From Rhodosorus marinus CCMP1338 (taxonomy: Eukaryota; Plantae; Rhodophyta), in contig JAMWBK010000001.1 of assembly GCA_029953675.1 (NCBI GenBank), positions 1,922,001-1,986,000 of the forward strand: a stretch of 64,000 bases of DNA. Reading direction: 5' to 3'. Position numbers and translations under genes: made by a program. Each line of letters begins with the position of its first letter. Position 1 is the stretch's first letter. The notes beneath the pieces are model-generated. The model did no database searches and was not told the DNA's origin. It saw nothing but the letters and a program-made list of their open reading frames with translations. This document shows positions 46,651-59,981 of this stretch, piece by piece.

Positions 46651-49473
46651 ACTTAAAACACCAAGTCAAACTTCTCACTTTTCTTTCCCTTTTCAAAGAG
46701 ACTGGCTATTCACTCCCAGCAATATTGAGGCGTCCGTGTGTTCCCAAACTCCTTCAGCAACCCTTACAGACCCCCCAATGCTTCAAAAAAAAAGAATTTA
46801 TATTTGCACATGACGGACCACATTTCAGGTGTTTCGCCTGCTCCGGTGCCACATGCGACGGGGACTGAAAAACTGAGGAGCGGAAAGGACTGATTTTCTG
46901 CATTTATTAAAGGCGGATTCCAACCACCAGCTGCTCGTAGCCGGCGCGATTCGATGTGGAACCGTACTGTTTTTCTGTCAACCAGCTCTCCAGCAGGGAC
47001 GCAGTGCAGTACCCCACAGAGCGGACCCGGAATCAGTTAAAGACGACCACCATCGGAATGGGGCTGGGCACTGCGCGGGATTGGGATGCACCGCAGAGGA
47101 CTCCTCTGTTTATCTTATCTTGGACAATGAAGAGCGCAGGTGTTGCTCTCAACTATCTGCGTCTGCGCATCCAGCTGAAGCTCTTTCATTGCATTCTTGC
47201 TCAACAGCATCATAGCATTTAAATTCTCTTGTTTAGAATAATATTTTCAAACATACCCTCTAAATATAATATTATTCACAAAATATTATACTGAAATTAT
47301 AAAATAAAAACGACAAGCGTTTATATTACATTTTTCTATAAATATGTCGTATATTTCAAAGATAAAAACAATAAGTCACTTTCGTGACACGTGCTAAAAA
47401 TATATTGGTATAACTTTAACGGCCACGGAGATTGCGTGACTGAGAACAGTTTTAATTTTTTAGAATTGCAGTAGAGGGGTAACTGGATTCACAGAACAAG
47501 AAATATATTATATAAAAGAAATATTTAGACAGTCTTCAGTTTTTCCACTGGGTCCACGTTGTTTTTTATCTTTCGCCCTCAAATTTTCTTTTGTTTTTCT
47601 AGCCAAAGAAATTAATCAATTGCAATTATCGTCAATCAAAATAAACCTTCCATAAATTCCTTGTTCATATTGCTGTTGATCACTCCGTTTACTTTCAACC
47701 TACCAAACTACATGCTACGCCCGATCATAAGTACTGTGACTGGTACATAATGCGGCAATAGATAAGTTTCCTAGAAGATCTAATCGTATCAAGTCTTGAG
47801 TAGCTCTCTAAGCATTTGGACGAGCCGCATCCAAACACGTCAGTTTATTGAGAGACAACCACCCGGAGAGGAGGAAGAGCAAGGCGTACCGAGAGAACCT
47901 GCCTTTAACACAAACAAACACACACTGAAAAAAGGAGGACCCAGTAGTTCTGTTGAGGGATTCGTAATGTGCTGAATCTTTAGACCGCGCCCCGACGCGA
48001 AGTTTTCTGGAGAGGGATCGAGACTGAACTTGATGTGCCGGCAATGTAGCGGAGAGGACAATGCAAGTACAGCTGACACTGCTGAACCAAGGTTGATGAT
48101 ATATCACATCTTGTCGAGGGTCTTAACGATGTTTGTATGCACTTGAGGGAGAAATATATAGAAGAAGTAACATCCACCAGCGACCACAGGAGGACGAGAA
48201 ACCGAAAGAAGGCCGAGTGAATTTGGAGAGACGATTTCACGCTTAGTCTTACAACTACTAAATGTACGATCTTGTCTATGCAGTCCGAATTTTTTTGAGG
48301 TAAATGGCGTGAGTGCATTGATGACCACATCGTACGGTCTAAATAGTCACAGTCCGCAAGGGTTTCTAGGGCTGTGGGGACGTAGATCGAATAGACGAAA
48401 GTGTTGAAATACGCGGAAACCAAGAGGCGAAGGCAGAGCATTGGGTACTCCAGGGAGGGTTTTGAGTATTGAGCGAGTGAGTTGCGTAAGTAGCATGGTG
48501 ATCAGAATCATCGTTGGGCTTCAAGGATATTTCCACAATTACTGAACAAGTTCTTCTGGTTTTTGCGGGAAAATCCTTGCCGATATCTGACCTATATCTA
48601 GAGGACGATGCCTGTGTACCCAGTCCCTCTCCAGGACTTCCGAACCACCGGATTGCGAGCAAGGGCCGGCAACCAGCTCGACGGATCCAGACTCAACTTC
48701 CATTTCGGAAGACACATCTCTCGTACCTCCACAAACCATGATTTCAGATCCAGACAAACCTAATGAAGTACGTCACAAACGGAGGACCGAAAACCAAAAC
48801 AGAATATCTCGTAGCCAAAGGTCGAGCCCAGCGATTCCGGTCTTTCATTACGGCAAGCCAAATCCAGCAGAGCTCAAATCACCCACTAGAAGCCCCAAAA
48901 ACAAAAAAATTCCTCCACATTCGGTACGGCCACTACTCAGATACCCTATCGATACCTACTTCCCCCACCGAACGTACCTGGCTGCATCCATTCAGCCGAA
49001 GTCGACAACCTGGTCTTCTAAGCCGACTCCACACCTAACCCGTCTATTCAAATCCTCGAAAATTCTTAAAACCACTCTTTTTTATACAAATACAAAATAA
49101 AAACTCCTACAGCTACATCATTTTAGGGGGTGAAAATTTTTTGACTTCAAGCAACCAAATCACGTTTGTATTGACATTAGTCATACTCAGTCAATAAATT
49201 GCACTGCTTTGCTTGAGATTCGGTGGTCACCGAATGGATGGTTGAGCGGTGATACCGATCAAAACCATTGTTTTTGATAGTGTTTGGGAGGTGTTTTTTT
49301 TTTTTTTTTGCTTAGAAATGGATATACGACAGCTTGGGAATCGAAGTAGTTGGGAGTGTCGGAGACGAAGGGGAGGAAAGAGGCTAGTTGCGAGTGGTAT
49401 AGGGGAGTGAGGTACTGGATTATTATTATTTTTTTTGTTTAGAGTGGTTGAAGTACTTAAGGAAAAATAGGTG

Positions 49474-50135
49474 ATGGATTCTTTAGGATTTTGTCCGAGT
49501 TTGGTTGGCAGTAGGTCGGTAAGGCTGCCGGGTTTGTTGAGGATGGAAGCACGTCGGGGGCGGATTCTGCGGAGGAGGGTTGGGGAGGTGGTCCCTGTGG
49601 GAGGGAGCAGGTGTGTGTTGAGCATGTCCCAGACTGATCAGACCGAGCAGATTTCTGGGAGGAAGACTTTTACTGTTTCGAAGCCGCTTGGGGTTGTTTT
49701 GGAGGAGCTTGAATCTGGAAGTGTGTTCGTCGCGTCTGTGGCTGGCGATGGCAACGCTGGGGAGGTGGGGATTTTGAAAGGTAGGATTGGAGGAATTACA
49801 ACGTGTGTTTAGCCCAAGTAATATTTCAATGTCCTAATTTGCTTCGGATCCGACTTCTTGAGGCAGGCGATCTTGTTATTGGAGTCGACAGCAAGCTTTT
49901 CGCTGGGAAAGGTCTTGAGACTGTGATGTCTGCGATTAATGAAGGAAGCTCCGACAGCGTTGAGCTTCTAGTTGAGCGAACCATTAGCGTACCAACTGCG
50001 AATAAGCTCGATGACAAAGTCAGAGAAAAACTCAGAAGTGAAATTTCAGCCCCGTATCGTCAGAATTGGGTAGGGATCATGGTGGTGGCTGTGCTCACCT
50101 TAATAGTTCTGGCACGATTCTCTGGCATCCGCTAA
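49474..50135 (+). CDS. PDZ-like domain protein with a plastid-type transit peptide and C-terminal TM helix, 2 exons
   Basis: KPLGVVLEE...VFVASV...GNA...GDLVIGVD...VELLVER PDZ-like pattern; intron 49781-49866; Ser/Arg-rich N-terminus starting MDSLGFCPSLVG; terminal WVGIMVVAVLTLIVLARF. Confidence 0.75.
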
Positions 50136-51759
50136 TTATTTAAATAGATATCTCCAACTAACCAATTGTGGAAGTTTCGACGTGAGTCTAGCGCCCGGGC
50201 TCGTCACAATCAGCGTGAGGCGCTGAGAGCGGTTCTCCCTCGCTTTTGAACATGAATCTGGAGATCCTCGCTTACAACCAACTCTGACTTGGTTGCTTGT
50301 TGTTCTAGATGCTTGTGTGGGGCAACACTCGCGCATGTTCTAGCATCCTGAGAAAGATTTGTGAAAGTGCAAAGTCGATTCTTGGAGATTAAACGCGGTG
50401 TTGAGTGGCTGGGCTCTTGGAAATAAAAGACATTTGTCTTAAACACTTTAAGAATAGTGTGCCTGAGCGGAGACTATGAGGGGCGGTCGCCTGCGACCGC
50501 CGAATCGATTTTGAACGGGCTCGGGCTAGCGGAGTAGCAAAGATCGAAGCAGCTGGTCGACGTAGACGATCATCAACTATTATTGGCCTTTCGCACCCTT
50601 TCAACAACAGAAATGACCATTGAAACCGGATATCGTCCTCTAGAAGCACGGAACAGCCACTACGAGTGGCCTTTCGCAACCTTTCGACACCAGAACTTAT
50701 TATGCAGATCTAATCTTCCAGAAGAACGCGGTCCAACTGCCCGAGTCCACTCACGTGCAATCAGCCTCAAGACTCTGAGCCAACACTATGGTCTCTATAA
50801 ACCAGCCACAAGAGCAAGCTACAGAAAATAAATCGCTGGGTGTTTAGTGGATTTGAGCCCTTCCCCGCGTTTGCACAGTCTAGGCGCGACTCCCTATCGA
50901 GAGCGTCTCTATCCTTTACCAATTCTTCGGCATATGCTCGTGGCCTGCGCATGCTGTCGTCTCCATCAACTTATCAGGCGAGCCACTCAAACTTTCTTTC
51001 GATAGTAATCCAGAAACAGAAATCCTCGTCTAATTTATTGTATATTTCAATATATTTATACCATACTTGTAACCAATTAACCTACGCTTGAACAAGTTGC
51101 ATGCAAAGCAGTAAATCCATTGGTACAAGTATTACCGTATTTTAATATTATTTGTCATGATTATCCAATTATTGAAGTGAAATGACGCTCCGCTTGGGCA
51201 GCAGAAATTTGCTGTAAAGTTGTGAGCAAATTTCTAAAACACGTCTGCAATGGTCAAGGCGTCTTGTTATCTAACGCGATGCGCAAAGGGTCCGTGACGA
51301 TGTTCTCCGAGGTGACTTCGAAGCAGGCGTCGACGACAGAATACCAAGAAATGACAGCTCTATGGACTTTGGGGTCAAGGGGGGTCGGGTTTGGGGAAGA
51401 GGGGGAAAACTTCTCCCCTTCTATTTGTTTTTTTTGCTCTCGCAAACACAGATTATGAGCTATGGGGAGGAGATACAGAAGCTGGAATCCTTCCGGTAGA
51501 GTTCAATTTAGTTGGATGCTCGACGTGGGGGGAACCGAGCTCCTCTATTGCCTTAAAACGAAACAAGAGAGAAAGCTTTGCGGTTTTTCGTTGTTTTTTC
51601 TTTGCCGGCAGCCAGCAGACGGAGAGCATAGAGAGAACAATCGCGCTTGTCCCAGGGTGTGAGCCGCCCTGTCTAAAACCTATTTCAACCAGGTTCGCTG
51701 AAATAAGAGCACGGCCAGATTTGTATCTAAACGGCTTTCAACAACCAAAGGTATGACAA

Positions 51760-52900
51760 ACTCATACATCCTCCCAAATTGCTCCTTAAACAAAATCCCT
51801 CAGCACCCCCAAGACTCAAGTGTTTCGTCATCCGCCTCCCTCCGAACACTAATTACCGATTAGCGCCCACTCTGGAGAAATGAACAGGACAAGACTCAAG
51901 ACTGTTCTCCAAAACCACAAAATAAGCAGTTTTAGCACAGCCACCCCCCCTTCATTTTTGTATTCAATTCTTTGGCCAAGACCCAAAGTAGCATTGGTCT
52001 AACAAACCACGACCCATCAACCTCCCAAATCCTACACAAAAAACAAAAGCTAAACAGGAAATAAAAACCTCGAATAAATACTATAAAAACAACATTCCAA
52101 CTTTACCAACAAGAAAAACCATTAAAATACCACAATTTCAATATAAAAAGGCTGCAAATACTTAACTTTTAGCTATTCTCCGTTCCCATTGGCTATATCA
52201 CGGCGACACCAAATCTCGTTCCCATTATGCTCATAAAATTCCCAACAAACACAATCAAACGCGGCACCGGAGACTACCTAGAGATATTTTCACCTCTAAC
52301 ACTTACTTTCATTTTCGCCTCTCATAAAATAATAAATATTTATCATTTACATCAATTTGTGATGCAATTAGCCAATCATTTAAGCTAAAAATATGAAGGC
52401 GGATTGGAATTATAAATACTACGATATTATTGGTTAATAATGATTTTAATTTTTTCATTGAAAGATCATAAATATCCAATTAGAGGGTGGCAAATTCACG
52501 AGGGGGGAAATAAAAACAGGCTTTTGCTGACATGAGATATCCAGTTTGGCGCTGGTAGAGGTGAGACCCGGGGGGGGGGGCTGAATGGGATGTGGTGAGT
52601 GGTAGGATGATTTCTTTTGGTACAACAAGCATGTGAAAATTTATTTAGTGTTTGGAGTGGAGTGGAGGCTTAGTGGCTAAGCTCTTGGCAGCAAAGTTAA
52701 GAGGTTGACGGAGATGGTTTGAGGAGTTTCAGTAGTCGTGGTGTATAATAAGCGGCACTCTTTTTTTCAGGATGTGGACATTGAGCAGATGTGGTGGAGG
52801 GGTGTGAAGGAGGAGTGGGTGGTGGGGTTTGGTTTGGGAAGTCATTGAGGGTTTTGTGTGTGTTTTTGGGGGTGGGGGGAGGGGGGGGATTTCGAAAGGG
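51760..52900. promoter_or_regulatory. Probable divergent promoter upstream of the ABCD gene
   Basis: C/A-rich, AT-rich, then G/T-rich tracts ending at the ABCD start codon. Confidence 0.4.
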
Positions 52901-52910
52901 GGAGGATTGG

Positions 52911-55338
52911 ATGGCTCAGGCGTTTTCTAGGCTTCGGAAGGGTGGGGTTGCAGGGGGTGCAGTCGTTGCGGCTGCGGCTTTGGCGGCTTACCGATGGCAC
53001 ATGAACGAGACCGCCAGGAGGCGGATGAACAGTAACAGGGAGCAGAGGATATGGAGGAAGGTCAAAGACGAAAAACAGTAAGATTAGTTGCTGTGAGATG
53101 GATTCAGGGTGTTTTGGAGATGGCGAACATTCTTTCTCATTTCTATATGTTTTATCGTAAATCATTTCAGGTCACTGCAGGTGGACAAGGAATTCGCACA
53201 GAACCTGTTCAAGTTCTTGCGAGTATGTGTCCCTGGTATACGGAGCAAGGAGTTCCGATATCTTATAGCGGTCGCAGGTCTGCTGTTGTTGCGAAGTTAT
53301 CTGGACATATGGATATCCGACAATGGCGGCGAAATTGTTAAGGTACGTTGCGTGAAGAGTAGCGTACTTGTGCTTTGGAACACACCGCCGAGCGTTTTTC
53401 GAGGAAGTCGTGCGTGAAAAGTCTGCTCATTGCTCTCTGTCATGTCCACAGGCCATTGTCGGAAGGGACAAGAAAATGTTCATTATTCGAGCTTTGAGAG
53501 ATCTCGGGTTAATGATGTTCCCCATCGCAGCGGTGAACAACCTCCTCAAGTACACCTTGTCCCGGTTGAAGGTTATGATGAGAAAGCAGCTCTCACTACA
53601 CTTCCACGAGAAATATCTCGACCCGCGCGTGAATACGTTCTACAAAGTGTCAAATCTGGACTCCAGAATTCGGAATATCGACCAGCTTATGACAACAGAC
53701 GTAGAGAGATTCTGCACGTCCTCGGCGGATCTCTACTCCAACTTGTCCAAACCTCTGCTGGACATTGTGCTGTTCACGCACCGACTATCCAAATCATTGG
53801 GACTGGGAGGCCCCAGCGCTATGATTATGTACTTCAGCGCTTGTTCCCTCATTCTCCGCGCAATTCAGCCACCATTCGGCGCGCTAACTGCAGAGGAGCA
53901 GAGGCTGGAAGGAGACTATCGGCTACACCACTCGAGGTTGATTACCCACTCAGAAGAGATCGCGTTCTACGGTGGCTCTAAGCGGGAAAAGCTCTACATT
54001 AACATGGCGTTTGACCGCCTCATGAACCTGATGCACAAGATCTTCTACTTACGTTTCTGGAATGGGATATGGGACTCCCTGTTGGTCAAGTACATGGCCA
54101 CAATTGTGGGGTACTGTGTCGTGTCGGCTCCCATTTTCTTCAAAGGGGGCATACTCAGTAATCTTCAATCCGGCATGGGAGGAGCAACTGAAAAGGCTGG
54201 AAGTGACGACGCCGAAGCTTCGGAGGTTGCTGCAATATACACGAAGAACTCGAGGCTTTTGATTTCTCTCGCGGGAGCAATTGGAAGGATCGTCCTTGCC
54301 GGGAAGGAGATTACAAGGCTTACTGGATTCTGCAACCGAGTAGCGACGCTTGACAACGTTCTATCTGACATTCAACGGTCAACATTGTCACCAACACCTC
54401 CGCCGTCAATCAGAGCGTCTTCGAACCCCAGTCTTCAATCGACCTTTGAGGAAGAAGTACGACTGAACGAGCTCATGAAGCCTGGAGTACTGATCGTTGG
54501 AGATGAGGACAACTATGAGTGTCCGGTAAAATTTGATCACGTCAATCTGATTTCACCGGATAGGACGGTATTGTGTCAGAACCTGACCTTTGAGATTCCG
54601 CAGGGCGTAAACGTCCTCATTTCGGGGCCGAACGGGTGCGGCAAGTCGTCCTTGTTTCGCGTGCTTGCCGGCCTATGGCCACTTTACGGGGGAACGTTGA
54701 CTCGCCCTACGAGCTCGCAGCAGTTTTATGTTCCTCAGAGGCCGTACCTGGCACTCGGAACGTTGAGAGACCAGGTTACGTACCCTTTGACTTGGCTTGA
54801 AGCCAAGAGAATCAAGGGCGCGACAGATGAAACCATCATCGAGTTGCTCAACGAGGTCCATCTCGGAGAAATTGCAAAGCGGAAAGGAGGTCTCGATGTC
54901 GAATGTGATTGGGCTGATGTGCTCTCCGGCGGTCAGAAGCAGCGACTCGCGATGGCGAGACTCTTCTTCCACAGACCCAAGTATGCCATTCTTGACGAGT
55001 GTACCAGCGCTGTAAGTTGAAACACGACTTGTCAAAAACCCTACGGCCCTAACCCGTCGATCTCATAATTTTGCTTCGCTTCTCTCTCTTTTCAGGTAAG
55101 CTTGGATGTCGAGGGATTCATGTACACTCGGGCGAAAGAGCTCGGAATCACTCTTATCACAGTGAGCCACCGCCCGAGTCTCTGGAAATTCCACGAGAAG
55201 GTGCTGAAATTCGACGGTAGCGGCGGATACGAGTTCAGGAAAATGATGACGGAAGACATTCCTCCCATGGCTTCGTTCCCTCCGAAACCCCAAGAGTCTG
55301 AGGTTTCAGTCATGGGTGACATCGTTGATGAGATTTGA
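52911..55338 (+). CDS. Peroxisomal ABCD half-transporter (PMP70/ABCD3-like), multi-exon
   Basis: ABC_membrane_2 motifs ([30 protein letters not shown]), Walker [10 protein letters not shown], signature LSGGQKQR, Walker [12 protein letters not shown] and ITVSHRPSL. Confidence 0.95.
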
Positions 55339-56408
55339 CCACCACAGAGCTACTCCCGTCGTCAGGAAACTGGAGAGAAAAATTGAACGAAACGAGAGTG
55401 ACCTGTTCAAACGACAAGATATTAATATGATGCTCTTGCTATCGCATAGTGTTGTACATTGCTTTAGAGATTCACAGATAAAAATATCTCTGTACATTGA
55501 CGTTGCCCTAGAGAAAAAGAAAAATGAGGCCCGGCGGCACCCTCCACTCCGCTAGACGCTGGCAAGTCATGTGTAGTCAGTCCATCCTTCCAAGCTTCCT
55601 ACTGTCACCCTACCTGACCGGAGAAAGTGGTAGCGACTACCCTCTCCGCGATCCTTAGTGCCTGGTCTGCTCCGAACCTGTCCCACTAGTAGTGGATGTA
55701 CCAATGTCCCTTAAACTGTCCCTAATCCACAGGTAATTTCATTGGTTTACGAAAGGTTGAAATTATCAAATATTATGATATAGAGCACCTAGACCAACTT
55801 GGAGCAAGTTCAATCCAATTAAGACTCGTAAGTACCTAAAATAATTCAATAAATCTGCTAAGTTGCGTTTACCTGCAAAATAATTGGCTACAAACGAAAA
55901 CTACTTTGGACCTTTACCCAATAAAGATTCTAGAGCTACGGGACTCAGTAAAAGTCGATGTTATTGGATATAAGCTCCCTAAATCAAAAACTTATAATCC
56001 AATAATAAATAGATTAAAGTGAAATAGTATATAATTTAATCCAATGAATGAATCTAAAAATAGTTAAGCGTTTTTGTTGGTTTATAGAGTGCTTGCTGGT
56101 CGAGCTAATTTGAGAAATTAATGACTTCTTCGACGAGTGGCGGATGAGGATGCTTTTCGGTTTACCGGTCGGAGAGGAGGACGGCAATGCTTTACAATTG
56201 ATGACGAGGCTAAGGGTTTTTGGGTGAGAGCGACTTGATACTTTGAAAGCTTTTGGATTCTGGAATGGTGCATGTTGTAGGTTGATCGGTAAGTTGCGAA
56301 CGGCTTTTTGGAGGTTTTTGTGCGTGGTGTTCGTGTGCGGCAGATACTTTTTTTTTTTGTTTTGTTTTCGGAAGTTGGCGTGGGGTCTAATTGTTTTGGT
56401 TGGAAACG

Positions 56409-57134
56409 ATGGCGAGTGAACCGGTGAAGGATAACGTTGTTGAGGAGGAGAAGCCTGAGGAGGAGAAGCCTGTGCAGGTGGTGAAAGAGGAGGGTGGGGA
56501 AGGTCCGAAGTTGACGAGGGAGGAAGAGATTGAGGAGGCCTTGAACGTGAGTGCGAACCAGCCCTGATGTCGATGTGGGTGGATTCTCTGATCCGAGTGA
56601 ATTGGAGATCGCGGTTCTGCCGACTTGAGTTCTTTTTTGTCATTAGTTTCTGAGCTTGCTTTTGTTTCTGTTCTTTGCTTGTTGTTAACCCATGCAGTGT
56701 CCGTGTGTCGACTCGATGAAGGAAGGTCCTTGCGGTGAGGTTTTCCTCAAAGCTTATCGATGTTTCTTGGAGAGCGATGAGGAGCCGAAAGGATCTGGTA
56801 AGGTGCAAGGAGTGATCGCGTATTCTCGCTATTGAGCAAGAGAATGGCTTGTCTAATTTTTTTGCTGGTGCTTTTGCCTGAAGACTGTTACGAGTCCTTT
56901 CTCGAGATGCACAACTGCATCGAGTCGCATCCGGATGACTACAAATTGAATGATGAGGAAGACAAAGAGGCGCTGAGAGCGCTTGAGACTGGAGGTGGTC
57001 CGGCGGAGGAATTAGGCATTGCAAAATCCTCGCAGGAGAACTCGAGCGAAGCTCCTACAGCGGAACCGGCTTCACAGGAAACGACTTCACCGAAGCCTTC
57101 TTCAAACGACACAGGAGAGGAAACTGTCTCGTAA
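56409..57134 (+). CDS. MIA40: Mitochondrial IMS import oxidoreductase MIA40/CHCHD4, 3 exons
   Basis: Exons 56409-56546, 56698-56797 and 56884-57134 give CPC plus twin CX9C (CGEVFLKAYRC, CYESFLEMHNC) and HPDDY. Confidence 0.92.
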
Positions 57135-58099
57135 GACGCGATTTGAGAAGGGCCAGTTCCGCCGGACGGCAAAGCCAGATCCGGACGAAGCCTGGACAGC
57201 GAGCTTACCATTAACAAGTGTAGATTTTCCGGCAATGTTCATCTACCAGGAACAAGAGAAGAGACGTAGTTTGTACTAAAGCGGGGGGCTTGCAGAGTTT
57301 GAGGGCTACAACCCGAAAGCCTGCTGAGGATGACAGTCGTTCCTTTCGCAAAGGGATTAGAATGCTTCTGAGGATGCCCATCGCGAGCGGGACTCTACAC
57401 ATCCCCGAAAGCTGAGCTCGGGTAGGAGTCTATAAATATTTTTTTGGTAGTTGGGATGCTCAGAAACATGCCCGAACTTCAAATGATCCAATTTACTGAT
57501 GAATAAAAACTGAGAGGACACGCAGGAAGTGAATAGCTACACCCACGCAGTAAAAACTCGATCCTAGTCCTCACTTCGACTCGAAGCGACGATCACTAAG
57601 TAAACCTCTAAAGGTACATCCGTTGGGTTTGTGGTCGCATCGGTTTGAAGCACTTCAGGAACGATGAGATCGTTAGGCACTCTGGATGTTAGAGTTTGAG
57701 ACCTGACGGAGGAGGACCAGTCTGGTGTTACGTTAGTCTGGGGGATGAAACTGGTAGTCCGTTCTGAAGTCAGGAGCTTGTGTTCTGCTTGGCGTCAGCC
57801 AGTACAACTCCGGCGTCGTCCGCAAGGTTCTGAAAAACCACTGTCCGTAGACCAATCAGACAAGGTCTTATTGCTGAATGGTCCACATCGGAAACAACCA
57901 GTCATCGGATTCCCAGGTTCTGCTCTAGACATGCTGTATGAGTGGCCTCCCAGCCAAGTCAGGGTCGATGCTCAATTTTGGCGAGAAACTGATGTACAAA
58001 CCACACGCACAAACCATACAAGATCAATCTAACCGCCTCCGAATCCGTAGTTGTATGATATCCTTACTGTATGCAGAAAAAAAACTGCAGACAGTTCAC

Positions 58100-59980
58100 A
58101 ACGCCACCATCAGGGATTCCTTACGACCGTTGCAAACAAACTACCCCGCAACTAAAAATCTGGCATCACATCACCACAACCATACCGCCGAAAACGAGAA
58201 AATTCCTAGCGTCAATCCATGAAACATCATCGGTCGAACAAGAAATTAATCTGACAGAAAAATTACTCAAAATGCATACTCTAATCCCACTCTCTTCTCC
58301 TCCAACATGATTTTTGGTGCTCTCTTTCCATTCCCACCCAATCCCAACCCTCCCCCCCCCCATCGCCTCCACCTAGACAGGAACCAAAACAATCCGAGTC
58401 ACAGGAGAAAACCGTTACGAACATAAAAAGACTGATTCAATCAATAAAAAGACACGTGGTGTATTTATATTGGTATAATTATTGGCACGTTATAGAAAAG
58501 CGGTTGTCTTTGAAAAGACGCAAAATGAGTAACAATTTTTGCGGTACGCTCGATCTCCAATAAATATTATATTTCTTGGACAGTTTAAGATCGTGCAAGA
58601 TCACCCCAAAATTCCCCGTCCCCCGCCCCTCCCGGCCCCCAAAAACGAACGCTACCGAGAAAAGGATGATTAAAGGACTGTAGGCGGCCTTTTTTTTGGA
58701 ATTCGGTTAAACGGCCCTTTTTTTGACGGTGTTCGATGTTTACCAATCAAACATAGACTACTGTCCCCGATATTGATATACATTTTTATAGCTTTTGAAG
58801 AATATGGTTTCTTTGTATCGAGGAAACACTAGCAAAATTGGACGGAATAGCACGCGTTTGTAGTGGGCTTGTTGTAAATTGGAGGGGGGGTAAACACATT
58901 ATGAAAAAGTAGAATCAAGAATATAATTTTAAAAAGGAGGTATATCAAATTTTAACTCCGAGGGTGATTTGATCAACTTTACTGTTCTTTTCGGGAAGGG
59001 GGTGGTGGGCTCTTCAACCGACTCTTCACTTTTTTGCGTCAATCGATCGGGTATTCAAGGAGCATACCAAAAAATGAACTACAAATTCATATCTTTTTAG
59101 ATGATTTCGAAACGAACCAAAAAATGACCCCCCCTCTTTCACCGGGTTTAATAGCTTATCCAGTACGGCTTTCCAATAAATCAAAAAAGAGGATTACGAA
59201 TTTCATACTCGTTTTAACCAAGGGGTTTTGCAGAAAGGTTTCCAAGGATCTAGTCAATATATTGTCCTTTTTTAAAAGGAAAAACGGATATATATATGAA
59301 AACCGTTTTTCTCAGGCAAATCAGTGGCCTCCTCTAGTTATGCTTTAGACAGAGCGGGTGGGGAGGTTGGGAATTTCCTAAGCAGGAAACCCCCCAAAAA
59401 AGCAGATTTCCTCTCAGTTAGGCAGTTAGGACGAAATTTGAAGAGTGCGAGTTTTTGATAATGTTTTGATGAGGGTTGCAAATAATTTAAAATAAACAGA
59501 GAAGGACGCAATGGAGGAGATGTTGGAAAAGAAACGGTTTTTAGAGGCGCGGAGCAGATGTGTTTTGTTTTGTGAAGGCTTTTTGAGGTTTTGGGTTTGA
59601 GGTGGGAGCGGGGGGGCGGGGGGTTGGGTTTGGGTTGGGTTTTGGGGGCGGTTTCGAGGACGTATGTGTGTTGGTTGTACAGATTCTTCTCTTTCAGGAA
59701 GAGGCTTCTATTTTACGAGGACGGAAGACAAAACAGCAAGTTTCCTGACCACAAAACTGTTCCTTGTTTGAGGGTGGTGGGGCGGGGTTTGGTGGCGGCA
59801 TTGGTCTGGTAGGGAAGGGTTTTGCGCCGGGGGGGTGGGACGTGAAGGATCGAGCCTGCATGGTTTGTTAAAAATTAATGATCAACAGATCATTAATTTT
59901 TTGGAGAGGAGGGGTCCTGGACTGGGCTTTTCTGAAGGGTCGTGAGGAAATGGAGGATTGAGAGCTGATCGATTTGGAGA
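58100..59980. promoter_or_regulatory. Probable divergent promoter region upstream of the ferlin gene
   Basis: C/A-rich, AT-rich, then G/T-rich composition switch with G-tracts at 59590-59840. Confidence 0.4.
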
Positions 59981-59981
59981 T

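Noticed and set aside
47800-48800. Multiple short ORFs suggesting a minus-strand gene
   Set aside because: No coherent spliced model or family motif was found; noted only as a possible orphan transcript under the promoter-skew finding.
56014-57024. 336-aa minus-strand ORF
   Set aside because: Antisense to MIA40 and its G/T-rich upstream region; the Pro/Ser/Lys-rich composition is a by-product of strand skew.
59615-59650. Telomere-like GGGTT/GGGTTT repeats
   Set aside because: Short and irregular, and part of the general G/T-rich upstream skew rather than an interstitial telomere array.
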